A stretch of 63,516 nt of DNA, counting the filler, from Sphacelaria rigidula (lineage: Eukaryota), in assembly GCA_964200075.2 (NCBI GenBank). It is 10 parts of 10 records of this genome, joined end to end, with 100 filler letters (N's around TTAATTAATTAA, not from the genome) between each part and the next. Parts side by side here need not be neighbours in the genome. Positions count along the whole stretch, not along the records: positions 25,449 to 31,710 come from CAXNAA020021162.1; positions 31,811 to 38,072 come from CAXNAA020021163.1; 8 more parts are not named here. One strand, written 5' to 3'. Position numbers and translations under genes: made by a program. Below the pieces are notes generated by a model, which saw only the letters and a list, made by a program, of their open reading frames with translations, was not told the DNA's origin and did no database searches. Below are positions 25,520 through 37,227 of this stretch, in pieces (positions within the stretch are counted from its first letter, which is position 1; each line of letters opens with the position of its first letter).

Positions 25520-26240
25520 GTATCTCTTATTCCTAGTATTTGGGTGCGAGTCTCTGAGGATCACGTCCATCCTGCCTATCTGTGCCTCACCCTTTCCTAT
25601 CACTTCGTTGATGTTTACATCCCAAGAACAGTTTTTTAGATCTCTGCACCAAGGTGTGTATACCGATTTACGATCGGCAATTCCTCTTCTCCCCACTCCC
25701 ATTTGAATTGTGTCACTACACCCTGCCTAGTGTTGACAGAGAGCGCACACAAGAGCAATCTATTACGAAAAATCGCGAGATGGGGATCTGCTGTAGGCAA
25801 CAGTTCCCGGAAGAGCATTATTCTACTACTTGTTTGTGTTTTGAAGGAGACAATCTCGCCAACGTCCATCCGTCCCCGTTCAGTTTTTCGACCATCTGCG
25901 GTGAACTGCTTCGTCTAAAAGCTGCTCTGTCTTTTCTTTTATCCTTTTTTCGCCCTTGATGTAATTACTGTGTGGCCTTCATCTGGAATGTGAATATCCA
26001 CCTAGGAAATCACACCTAAAAATCATTATGTGCGAGGTATAATCGGCACCTGCTGAATTGACAACAACGGCGCATTTATGAAAGGAACGTTCAGGTGGGT
26101 GATTCGAGGTTGATGCCTTTGCCCACACGTTTATTTCTTTTTCGAATTCCGTGTTGAACTTCGTGTTAGCTGTTGGTGTTCCTAGTTTACGGTAGTGTTC
26201 TACTAGCACTTCTTTCTTTCCCTTCGAACTCCTGACCCCT
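25520..26240 (-). mobile_element. Degenerate, rearranged non-LTR retrotransposon (LINE) reverse-transcriptase ORF fragments
   Basis: WEWGEEELPIVNRYTHLGAEI followed by SWDVNINEVIGKGEAQIGRMDVIL resembles the LINE RT C-terminal YxYLG...W region. GVRSSKGKKEVLVEHYRKLG resembles the pre-RT linker. Stops and frameshifts are present. Confidence 0.7.
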
Positions 26241-26309
26241 TTTTTACCGTCCAGTGCCCGTGGTGTGGCTATCCCGGAATTTCCCATCGGAGAAACGATA
26301 AACCATCTC

Positions 26310-26774
26310 GACGTTGCGATTTTCCGAAAAATATGTCTCCAACTTTCCCATGATTGACTCCACCCTCTCACGCATGGTCTTCCCCTTGTGGTTCATGACA
26401 ATAGCCTTCGCCACGGCCGCGGACGCCTGGGCTAGCTCTACCTCAGCGCCCGCCGCACGCCCTGTATGTTATTTGATCGCTGCAGCCAATTGCAGCGGCG
26501 TTATTGTGTGCTTCTCATGGAATCTCCTCGCAAAGACGCGTTGGAGGGGGGTAGGCACGAGTTGCGCCATGGAAACCACCTGATGCCTTACCGCACCCCC
26601 CTCATTCGCATGCTCCACCCGCTTCTTGTATTCCACGTATTTCGTATAAAACGAACGAGAAGCACACTCAGAATACAAATTCCCATAACTGGGCGGCCGC
26701 AACTCTTCTCTCAGAACAACTGGGGTTACAGTCGTCTCCGCTGGTTCTATTGCCGGTACCTCTGTGGTCGACAT
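26310..26774 (-). mobile_element. Degenerate gag-like ORF start of a putative LTR retrotransposon
   Basis: ORF 26469-26774 (...RSFYTKYVEYKKRVEHAN...) continues in frame past a stop as ...AVAKAIVMNHKGKTMRERVESIMGKLETYF. It has no introns and lies downstream of a candidate LTR. Gag identity is pattern-level only. Confidence 0.45.
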
Positions 26775-26826
26775 CTCCGAGCGGACCTAATCGAAGGCTT
26801 CTGAACCTTCTCGAACTCCGCAGTTC

Positions 26827-27348
26827 CGTGACGGTTTAAGAGACAACCAACTAGACTATTGATCAGGTAGCGCTGACTGGTCAGTAGTCTAGTTGGTTGT
26901 CCCTTGGAACGTTACAAAAGTTAGTCGTGGGATTGGTTCCCATCGAACGCACTTTTTTTGAAGAAAAAAGAGGAGAGAAAACCTCTGATGAAAAATTTGC
27001 CCCAAGGAGAGAAAACCTCTGTAAAAAGTTAGCCCAAAAGAAAACGGGTGGGATATAGCCTGGTGGCTATGTTTGGAGTGTACTGCTAAGGACCCCAGTG
27101 TACACACTCTGGAAATGAGTGGGGAAGACGAGTAACTCAAGGTTACGGTGAGAAGTGACAACACTAGATATCCTGATGGCAGTCGATAGAGCGCTGGCAA
27201 GGGGAGTCGTCCTCCTCGGAGCGAAAGTGACGGGGATCGAGCCCCCACGTCTAGCTTTTGTGACGGTTCAAGAGACAACCAACTAGACTACTGATCAGTC
27301 AGCGCTGACTGGTCAGTAGTCTAGTTGGTTGTCTCTTGAACCGTCACA
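26827..27348. mobile_element. 522-bp element bounded by two 90-bp palindromes (26827-26916 and 27259-27348) built from tRNA-like heads
   Basis: 27259-27348 is a 45+45-bp palindrome with one mismatch, centred on TCAGC|GCTGA. 26827-26916 is a more diverged copy. Reading inward each end gives an A-box-like TAGTCTAGTTGG. The B-box-like GGCTCGATCCC is clear on the right end and degenerate on the left. Confidence 0.8.
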
Positions 27349-27650
27349 CTTTACACCTGTCTTCGTCGCCGCTCCACACAGCCGTGGGGTCCTATAAACA
27401 CCCGCTGCACGCAGCTCAAGCAAGTCTCCAGTCTGGATCGACCACGGGCCAGCCGCCTTTGCAGCTACCTCAGCTTGAACCCTTCTCACGCGTCCGTGAA
27501 CCAATACGCCCAAAGCTGTCCAGACTCCTTTCTACCGAATAATTTCCAGCAGTCACTAACGATAGCACAACTAGCACGCCTAGCACTATCACTAATATCG
27601 GTATTGTGGCGCCAGCAGGTTGCTAGTACTGCAGCGTCTAATAATAATGC

Positions 27651-27865
27651 TGTTGAGGGACTCCCCAGTTCCACTGGCCTCAGGTTTCAGTTGTTCGCCT
27701 TCACAACACCTTTTATTATCCTCGAGTGCCACCCAGGCGGCTCCATAAACCACATCAGGGTATCACTCCTGTGTCCATGTCACCATCCATATCATCACTA
27801 CAGATTCCAAATCATCATCCAATCATCACTATATACTCAACGTGACGGCGTCATTTCGTCGCACA
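27651..27865 (-). mobile_element. Candidate LTR (215 bp) upstream of the gag-like ORF
   Basis: On the minus strand it has TGT...ACA termini with TATATA then AATAAA in order. No second copy and no clean PBS are visible. Confidence 0.4.
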
Positions 27866-28650
27866 TCGCACGGTGCAAACGGCCTCGTAGCGGACGAGAA
27901 ACGCGCCTGCTGCACAGTGACAAAAAATACCGCCAACCGGCTGGAGGTGGACATGAGCTACTGTGTCCAAGTCACGACTGGGACGTAGCTTATGTCCACC
28001 TCCAGCGATTGGAATACCTGTCCGCGCTCGTCACATGTGCCTTGCGCCGGCACCACAGCAGCTGCAATACACTCACACAGCCCGTAGCCACCATTCAAGC
28101 CATCGTACGGTGCAAACGGCCTTGTAGCGGACGAGAAACGCGCCTGCTACACAGTGCCAAAAAATACGGCCAGCCGACTGGAGGTGTACATAAGCTACCA
28201 TGTCCAAGTCGCGAGTTGGACATGGCTCATGTCCAACTCCAGCGAGTGGAATACCTGTCCGCGCTCGTCCCATGTGAGTTGTATCGACCCCATGGCAGCT
28301 GCAATACACTCACACGGTTCGTAGCCACCGTTCAAGCTATCGTGCGGTGCAAACGGACGAGAAACGCGCCTGCTACGCACAGTGCCAAAAAATACCGCCG
28401 CTCGACTGGAGTTGGATGTAAGCTATGTCCAAGTCGCGACTTGGCAACTTGGACATAGCTTACGTCCGACTCCAGCGAGTGGAACGCCTGCTCGTGCTCG
28501 TCCCATGTGCCTTTCATCGACACCACAGCAACTGCAATACACTCGCACATTCGGTAGCCACCGTGCAAGCCATCGTGGGGTGCAAACGGCCTCGTAGCGG
28601 ACGAGAAACGCGCCTGCTGCACACAGGACCAAAAACTACATCTGCACCGG
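27866..28650 (+). repeat. Tandem array of a ~237-bp repeat (~3.3 units)
   Basis: ggtgcaaacgg...gcggacgagaaacgcgcctgct recurs at ~27872, 28109, 28346 and 28579. Confidence 0.88.
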
Positions 28651-29096
28651 ACTGAACTTGGACATTGCTCTTGTAAAAAACGTGACGTAGGAAACTTGGA
28701 CACAAGCTATGTTGGCTGGAGGCATGGGAGCACGTAATCATGTGCTTGCGATTGATGGCGGACAAACGCCAATAATAGGCGATTGCCGCTAGTACGTTCT
28801 ATCCACATTGTTCCGCGATGTACTAAGGTTTTTACCAGCGTGATGAGAATGTACCTACAGACAGTGTTTAATGAACTATAAATGTACACGCTGCTCGGCT
28901 GTCTCGCGTCGCGCGTTATCTACGTACGCTGCCCGTGTAACCTGGGGCTGTTGGGTACGAAGTGCAGATAATGCGTACCAGCCGCGAAGATGGCTCCATA
29001 AATCGACCCTTTCTTCGTCGAACCGGTGATGTCCTCGACACACAACCAGTGGGTCGAATTCCCACGGCTGTACGAGCTGCGAGGAGAAGGTCAATC

Positions 29097-29514
29097 ACAT
29101 GGGATTTTACAAATTGGGGATGGATGACTTATTGGGGATATTAAAATCTTCGTATCCACACCAAATGTTCGAAGTATGCTTCCATTTCCTCACTTTCTGG
29201 TAGGTATTGACAACTACTACACGCCATACAAATTTGAATTTCGATAACCGAAATTTCGGGGTCCTGGGTAAAATACCAATTTTGGGGGATTTAAGGTGTC
29301 CGGTCGGACGCCAAAATTAGTTTTTCACCCAGGACCCCGACATTTCGTTTACGGAAAGGCAAATTTGTATGGTGTGTAGTAGTTGTCAATAGTTCCCAGC
29401 AATAGTGAAGAAATGGAATCATACTCCGAAGATTTGGTGTGGATACGAATATTTTAATTCTCCGGGTTTTCGTCCCCAATAAAACATCCATCCCAAATTA
29501 GTAAAATCTCATGT
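29097..29514. mobile_element. Foldback MITE (~420 bp, long inverted arms); second copy at 34713-35158
   Basis: Termini ACATGGGATTTTAC and GTAAAATCTCATGT. The arms pair through tcgtatccacaccaaat, attgacaactactacac and ggggtcctgggt. Confidence 0.85.
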
Positions 29515-29727
29515 TCAATGTTGTAGATCTAGTCCCAAAGACTACAGCATCGTGATACTGCTCCCACGTGCTTTAGCTTGCACCCCACGATGGCTTGAAC
29601 GGTGGCTACGGCATGCGTGAGTATATCGCAGCTGCTGTGGTGTCGATGCAAGGCGCATGGGACAAGCGCGGACAGTTATTCCACTCGCTGCACTTGGACA
29701 TATAGTAGCTTATTATGATGTCCAACT

Positions 29728-30084
29728 ATGGTCGCCCCGGTGGCTCAGCTGGTAACCTCGAATACCTCTGACCGCTGGGTCGTGGATTCATTTCTCGGAG
29801 CGATCTGGATTTTTTCTCGCACCATGCCGAACAGTGGAGAGCGACTATGTTATGGGTACACAAAATTCGACTTCGCGGTTGACGAGGGAAAGGGTGTGCT
29901 GAACCCCTCTCGCGATGAAAAATAAAAGGCAAGCACCGCACAAGGAAGGCGGGGTAACAAAAACAAATAAAAACGAAAAATCTCCTCCAGTGTTGACCTT
30001 CCTCCTGTGTAACCCCGGCTGGTGCGCCCAGACATATCGAAATATGTAGCCCGGCGCCCAGAATAGATGGGACGACAACACACA
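29728..30084 (+). mobile_element. tRNA-derived SINE inserted in the 237-bp repeat
   Basis: A box TGGCTCAGCTGG, degenerate B box GGATTCATTTC, (AC)n tail, and candidate TSD CAACT at 29723-29727 and 30085-30089. Removing it restores the host motif tgtccaactccag. Confidence 0.8.
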
Positions 30085-30231
30085 CAACTCCAGCCGAGCG
30101 GCGGTATTTTTTGGCACTGTGTAGCAGGCGCGTTTCTCGTCCGTTTGCACTGCACGATAATAGCTTGAATGGTGGCTACGAACCGTGTAAATGTATTGCA
30201 GCTGCTATGGTGTCGATACAAATCACATGGG

Positions 30232-30460
30232 GACTAATGCCGAGATAGCCTCCCCACAAAAAGTGCACCGGAGACCGTCCGACAAACCGGCTGCGACCCC
30301 ACTACNNNNNNNNNNAGAGGCGTGTAGCAGTCCGAAATCAGCTATAACGCCCGAACGAGTCGCGTCGTGCAGCACGGAACCAGCTCTAGCGGCATTTTGT
30401 GATCATCGCCTCCGTGCACGTTTTTTGCCGATTCGGGGGAGCGCTATCTCAACAGCAGTC
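30232..30460. mobile_element. MITE with GAC...GTC termini and 4-bp TSD (TGGG)
   Basis: GACTAATGCCGAGATAGC...GCTATCTCAACAGCAGTC with TGGG on both sides. Excision restores host cacatgggacgagc. Homologous to 36278-36526. Contains a 10-N gap. Confidence 0.82.
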
Positions 30461-31710
30461 TGGGACGAGCGCGGACAGGTATTCCACTCGCTGGAGTTGG
30501 ACATAAGCTACGTGCAACTCGCGACTTGGACATGGTAGCTCATGTACACCTCCAGTCGGTTGGCGGTACTTTTTAGCACTGTGCAGCAGGCGCGTTTCTC
30601 GTCCGCTACAAGGCCGTTTACACCGTACGATGGCTTGAATGGTGGCTACGAACCGTGTGAGTGTATTGCAGCTGCTGTGGTGCCGGCGCAAGGCACATGT
30701 GACGAGCGCGGACAGGTATTCCAATCGCTGGAGGTGGACATGAGCTATGTCCAATTCGCGACTTGGACATGATAGCTTATGTCCACCTCCAGTCGGTTGG
30801 CGGTATTTTTTGTCACTGTGCAGCAGGCGCGTTTCTCGTCCGCTACGAGGCCGTTTGCACCGTGCGATAGCTTGAACGATAGCTACGGGCTGTGTGAGTG
30901 TATTCCGGGTGTTGTGGCGCCGATGCAAAGCACATGAGACGAGCGCGGGCGGGTAGTCAAAATCCCAGCTGGAGGTGGACATAACCATTTCCAAGTCGCG
31001 ACTTGGAAATAGCATCACCCTTTATTTTTTTCAAGCCCATTTTCGAGAACCCACTGTTCGTTATTTTACTTATGGTGAGATTATTACACCGTAGCATCAA
31101 AAGGCTGTAACCATTGGCATAATCGGCAAGAGCCTACTGGCCACGCATTTGTGGGATAATCCCATGAGATGTGTGCTGGTGAAGTACTCACCGCACACCG
31201 AAGCTGGTGTGCAGGGCGTATCATACCGCCCGTCTATTATGGGGAGACGGTGGGTGGGATTTCTCATAAAAAAGGGAGAAGATGAAGCCGATGTTATGAC
31301 GATCGAAATGACTGAGTTGAGAAGAAGTGAGAAACGGGGCGCGCCTCCTCCTAACGTCACAAAAACACATGAACTTCTCAACATAGAGGAAAGTGCCCTA
31401 TTAGGCCCAGTGCCCTATTAAGCACACTTCGGAGAAAACATTTACAAAATGACGCTCACTACATGGAACTCCTCTGTATCTCGTTCGCAACGGTGAGTCT
31501 ACATCTCCAGCTCTCGTTTGCGCTCTTCAGCGTGCCGATCGACCTCGTCACTGACGAGCTACGGCAGTCACAATCACTGGGTCTGGCCGTGTAGGCTGAT
31601 GTTGGTTTGGTGTCGATTGTGCTGCTAAGGACGGAGCAAAAGGTGACACGACACAACAACAAATTGTGCGAATTGAGGTTTAACTTCGAGATGAGGCTCA
31701 AGCCTAAAAC

Positions 31711-31810
31711 NNNNNNNNNNNNNNNNNNNNNNNNNNNNNNNNNNNNNNNNNNNNTTAATTAATTAANNNNNNNNNNNNNNNNNNNNNNNNNNNNNNNNNN
31801 NNNNNNNNNN
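31711..31810. other. Artificial contig spacer
   Basis: N44-TTAATTAATTAA-N44. Confidence 0.97.
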
Positions 31811-34280
31811 CATGCACCATCGGTCGTGTACAGCATGTTGCCGACTGCTGCAACAGCTTGCTTGGTTGCCGCTCGCCGCAGCCGCTTTCTCCTCTCAACT
31901 AGCGCCGATGCTACGAAAAAGCCAGCTGATGTCAAGCGTTGTTGTACCTCGTGCAACAGCAGCACACGAGCGATCTGTACTTTTCGTTTCTCGCGACGAA
32001 AGACAATTTGCGCGCACCCACCACTTCATTTTCTCTCACCCAGCGAACGTTTCTCTTTTGCGCCCAGCGATTCCGCACACAACCATGCATAATCGATCGT
32101 GTACAACATGGTGCCCACTGCGACGACACCTTGCTTGGTTATCGCTCGCCGTAGCCGTACAGTAGCTGCTTCTTCTGCTCAGCTAGCGCCGATGCCACGA
32201 ACAAGCCAACTGATGTCAAGCGCTGTTACACTGAGTGGAACAGCATCACACCACGATCTTTATACTCGTCGTTTGTCGCGACGAGAAACGACTCGCGCGC
32301 ACCGATCGCTTTCTTTTTTCTCGCCTTGCGATCGTTTCTCTTTTGCGCCCAGCGATCGTGCACACACCCATGCACCATCGATCGTGTACAGCATTCTGCC
32401 GACTGCGACAACACCCAGCTTGGTTATCGCTCGCCGTAGCCGCTGCTTTTCTCGGCTAGCGCCGTTGCTACCAGCAAGGTAGCTGATGTCAAGCGCTGTT
32501 GCACCGCGTGTAACAGCAGCACACGAGCGATCTGTGCTTGTCACTTCTAGCGACGAAAAACAGTTCGCGCGCACCGGTCGCTTCATTTTTTCTCGCCCGG
32601 CGATCGCTTCTCTTTTGCGCCCGCGAGTGCGCGCACACCCGTGCACCATCGATCGCGTACAGTATGTTGCCGACTGCTGCAACATCCAGCTTGGTTATCG
32701 CTTGCCGTAGCCGCTTCCTCTGCTCAGCTAGCGCTGATCCTATCAACGAGCTAGCTGATGTCAAGCGCTGATACACCGCGTGCAACAGCAGCACACGAGC
32801 GATCTGTACTTTTTGTTTCCAACGACGAGAAACAATTTGCGAGCATCGATCGTTTTGTTTTTTGCTCACCCAGCGATCGCTTCTCTTTCGCGCCCAGCGA
32901 TGGCGCACACACCCATGCACCATCGGTCGTGTACAGCATGTTGCCGACTGCTGCAACAGCTTGCTTGGTTGCCGCTCGCCGCAGCCGCTTTCTCCTCTCA
33001 ACTAGCGCCGATGCTACGAAAAAGCCAGCTGATGTCAAGCATTGTTACACCGAGTGCAACAGCAACACACGGGCGATCTGTATACTTCTCTTTTCTCGCG
33101 ACGGAAAACAAGTCGCGCGATCCCTTATTTTTTTCTCGCCCAGCAATCGCTTCTCTTTTGTGCCCAGCGATTGTGCACACACCCACGCACCATCGATCGT
33201 GTACAGCATGGTGCCGACTGCGACGACACCTTGCTTGGTTATCGCTCGCCGTAGCCGTCGCTGCTTCTTCTGCTCAGCCGGCGCCGATGCAACGAGTAAG
33301 CCAGCTGATGTCAAGCACGTTGCTGAGTGCAACGACAACGACGCGCGATCTGCACTTCTGGCGGAGAAAATTCGAACGCACGAGTCGCTTCTAGTAATAG
33401 TTTTGTCTCATAGTGATCGCTGTTGTTTTGCGCCCCGCGATTGCGCGCACACTCTTGCACAAAATCGATCGTGTACAGCATGGTGCCGACTGTGACAACA
33501 CCTTGTTAGGTAATCGTTCGTCGTAGCCACAATTCCTTTGCTGAGCTAGCGCCGATGCCATAAACAACCTAGCTGATGTCAAGCGCTGTTACCGAGTGCA
33601 ACAGAGCACACGAGCGATCGTCTGTACTTTCCGTTTCTCGCGACGAGATAAACTCCGCGCGCACCGCTCGCTTGAGTTTTTCTCGCCCAGCGATCGCTTC
33701 TATTTTGCGCCCACGGCGCGATTGCGCACACACCCATGCACCATCGATCGTGTACAGCATACTGCCGACTGCTGCCACACCCAGCTTGGTTACCGCTTAC
33801 CCTCGTCGCTTCCTCTGCTCAGCTAGCGCCAATGCCATAAACAAGCTAGCTTATGTCAAGTGCTGTTACACCGAGTGCAACAGGAGCACACGAGCAATCG
33901 TCTGCACTTTCGTTTCTTGCGACGGAAAACAATTTGCGCGCACCGATCGCTCACCACTCATTTTCTCCTCCAGCGATCGCCCGTTTTTTCGCCCAGCGAT
34001 TGCGCTCACACCCATGCATCATCGATCGTGTACAGCATGCTGCCAACTGCGACAAAACGTTGCTTGGTTACCGCTCGCCGTAGCCGCTTCTTTCGCTCGG
34101 CTGGCGCGTATGCAACGAAAAAGCGCGCTGATGTCAATAAGCGCTGCTACACTGAGTGCAACAGCAGCACACGGCTGATCTGTATACTCTTCGTTTATCG
34201 CGACGAAAAACAATTCGTGCGAACCGATCGCTTCGTTTTTGCGCCAAGCGATTGCGCGCACACACCTATGCACCATTGAT
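31811..34280. repeat. Satellite/tandem array of a ~275-bp unit (~9 diverged copies)
   Basis: The anchor CTGATGTCAA (CTTATGTCAA in one copy) occurs at 31926, 32210, 32483, 32755, 33029, 33305, 33573, 33850 and 34128, with spacings of 268-284 bp. Confidence 0.92.
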
Positions 34281-34712
34281 CATTTATAATTTGACAGCCT
34301 CGTACACGAGTGACTCTCGATAGAGATAAAATTGCATTATTTTCTAGTACTAATCTCTCCTATATACTCTTGACTCACCAATCATGTACACACACGACTG
34401 ACGCTCCTCCTCCCGAGTTGCTTATGCAAACGTCTACTCCAAATAAATGTAGAGCACGAAAGCAAGTGATGCGGTGATGAGGATGCCTCGTGACATATGC
34501 AGTACAGATGTCTTGCTGGAACCCCACGTTGCTGGTTGGTCCACAATTTCGCCCTGTATTCTAAATCCATCCAATATACTCAACATCCCCGAGATTGTAT
34601 ACGAACGAGTATGATAAGTACGCACATGTACAAGGATCCAGTCCGGACATATTCGAATAGTCCCGCTGGCGGGAGCTGACCCTTATGTTGTCGCTGATTA
34701 TCACACGAATGG

Positions 34713-35158
34713 AACACGGGATTTTACTCATTGGGGATGGATCTTTTTGTTGAGGATGATCACCTGGAGGATGAAAATCTTCGTATCCACGCCAAACCTC
34801 CGAAATAAAGTTCCACTCCTTCACCTACGGATAGCTTTTGACAACTACTACAGGCCATACAAATTTGGATCCTGATAATCGACATGTTCGGGTCCTAGAT
34901 GATGAAATGTTTTGGGGGATTTTAGATGATCCGATCACATCGCCGAAATTCCCCCAAATTGGTTTTCACCTAGGACCCCAAAACTTCGGTTATCGAAATC
35001 CAAATTTGTATGGCGTTTATTAGTTGTCAATAGTTACCAGCAAGTAAAGAAATTGAGCCATATTTCGAAGATTTGGTGTGGATACAAATATTTTAATTCT
35101 CCGGGTTTGTCATCCTCAATTAAAAATCCATCCCTAATAATTTGTAAAATTCGGTGTT
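34713..35158. mobile_element. Foldback MITE, second copy of the 29097-29514 family
   Basis: AACACGGGATTTTAC...GTAAAATTCGGTGTT, colinear with the 29097 copy. Confidence 0.82.
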
Positions 35159-36277
35159 ATAAACTCACGTCCCCTTACTCAGGCCAAAGTCAAATCATGC
35201 TCATAATAACGTAATCGCTGTAAAACTCAAAAGACTCGGCAATGTAAAAGGCCATATTTGTCTGTAAAATAGTACACCCTAGTACATTATACGCTCCCCT
35301 TATCTAATTTCACTTTTCCATTCGCGGGAGTATAATCCATGTATATCTCAAGCCATGTTTCTTCCGTAATCCGAAACAAACGTGTATTCCAAAATCCAGA
35401 TTATTGAATCAAATCAACCGAAAATAACCCGACATGTGCAATGATCTATTAAAGGGTTCACATTCATCAAATTTCCCCACCACCTGACTCTTTTCGTAAC
35501 CATAGCACTTGGTTGAAAACATTTGCATTTCGCCAAAAACTAGACTCAGACGGAGACTGAATTCAAACAACATTCAACAGCGGATCCTGGAAAATAAGGT
35601 TCATCTAAAAAATGAGGTTCAAGTGGCGAATCTTTTTTGCAGGGACGACGCAAAACAGTAACGCAGAGCGAAACTATCTTTCTCCCCCCAAACTCCGCAA
35701 CTGTGAATCATCAGTTGTGGTTAAATGCACCGAACGACTGCGGTGTACACGCGTGTCGATGACGATATCACCAGAGAGAGAAGCAACGACAGAGAAGAAG
35801 CTCCTCGCCCGTGTCCTTTGTGTGCCCTCGCTGGGCGATTACCACTCGCTCGAGAGACTGGCATCATGCATGCTACCAGCACGTGCCGAATTTCTCATGT
35901 GCCTGTAGGTATCCCCAAAGCACATCGAGCTGCGGAGAGATTTCGTCTCTTTGTCTGTGGAGGTCACCAATGCGAAGATCGATTTCTCTCTGCCTCTCTT
36001 TTTGGACAGTACGCGCTTCTGTGCGCTGAAAAGCTGTGCAATCTTCCCGTCACCGCGACTACTATTTTCTGTCACACACATGCCAGCAAGGACGGTGCGC
36101 TGGGTGGCAAAAATGACAAATGATCCAATTTGAACTTGGGGGGTGTTATTTATCGTTGATTTTACCCGACATGAGCACAAGAGCCTGCCACAGGCCAGTT
36201 GGGGTGTGTGTGTGAGAGAGATAAAAAACGTGTGGAGACCTTCTTGACATGCGGAGTGAAGAAAGATACCTATGGTG

Positions 36278-36526
36278 GGCTAATGCCGAGATAGCCCCCC
36301 CACAAACAAGTGCACGAAACAGTCCGACAAACCGGCTGCGATACCACTATTGGGCTCGTTCGCAGCAATTTCGCCCACATGAGAAGCGTGTAGCAGTCCG
36401 AATTCAGCTATTATGCCCAAATACGTCGCGTCGTGCAGCACAAGCCCAGCTCTAACGGCATTCACGACCATCGCCTCCGTGCACTTTTTTGGCCGGTTCG
36501 GGGGGGGGGCTATCTCGGCAGCAGTC
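36278..36526. mobile_element. MITE with GGC...GTC termini and 4-bp TSD (GGTG)
   Basis: GGCTAATGCCGAGATAGCCCCCC...GGGGGGCTATCTCGGCAGCAGTC. GGTG at 36274-36277 and 36527-36530. Confidence 0.82.
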
Positions 36527-37046
36527 GGTGGTGATCTAAGTGTTGCTAGCGTGGTGCAAAGGGGTGCGTCAGCTGCAATCTGGAGCTTTCGTTGCTCTAC
36601 TCTACTGGCTTCCGTCTGCACAGCTAGTGAGAACATGTTATTACGTACCCAAATTCGGAACAGCTACTGTATAAAAACAAAACAGTTCGGTTTTCGAAAC
36701 TACGTCCAGGTCATTGAAATGGCTTGTTACCCGAGGGAAAGTGTCCGCTTCGGGTCCGTTCAAACGTTCGAAGATAATACTGTTGTTGAATACCACCACC
36801 AAACTTTGCTGTCATTGGCATCCACCGATGAGTGCAGTACGGAGCACAAATCGGCTGTTTAACGTTCTTGCTGGAAAGCAACGGGCATAAAACTGTTTGC
36901 AGGTATGAAAATGGGGATTTTCATACACGAGAAACTTCGCGTTCCGCGGTGGGCGTTACATGCACTTCCAAAAACTCTGTCGTCCTTGTTTAATACCTGA
37001 CGCGGGGACGGGGTAGCCGCAGTTCCTCGATCTCACCACGAAGTAG

Positions 37047-37227
37047 CATGCCCTTCAGGCGGCTCGCCGAACACGTCACGACGCTTCGCGCTTGATGATT
37101 GATTGCGAGCCTGGTCTGGCGATGACCCGGCGTGCTCCGCCCCGGCTTTGTAGGGTTGTGAGGTCAATGGCCTTATAGCTACGGCATGCAAGATCATGAG
37201 TACATCCCCCCGCCGCCCCCCCCCCCC
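37047..37227 (+). mobile_element. 5'-truncated family A retroposon with a visible poly(C) tail
   Basis: ...cccggctttgtagggttgtgaggtcaatggcc...agatcatgagtacatCCCCCCGCCGCCCCCCCCCCCC. Confidence 0.75.

Larger units (their letters stand above)
29557..31010 (-). repeat. Inverted array of the same ~237-bp repeat, interrupted by a SINE and a MITE
   Basis: agcaggcgcgtttctcgtccg, the reverse complement of the 27866 array motif, occurs at ~30123, 30585 and 30822. Confidence 0.85.

Noticed and set aside
27475..28458. 327-aa ORF
   Set aside because: It reads through a candidate LTR into the 237-bp tandem repeat (79 codons per unit). Other units have stops and insertions.
32758..34279. 200-245-aa ORFs
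   Set aside because: They lie wholly inside the 275-bp satellite with variable unit length and no domain signature.
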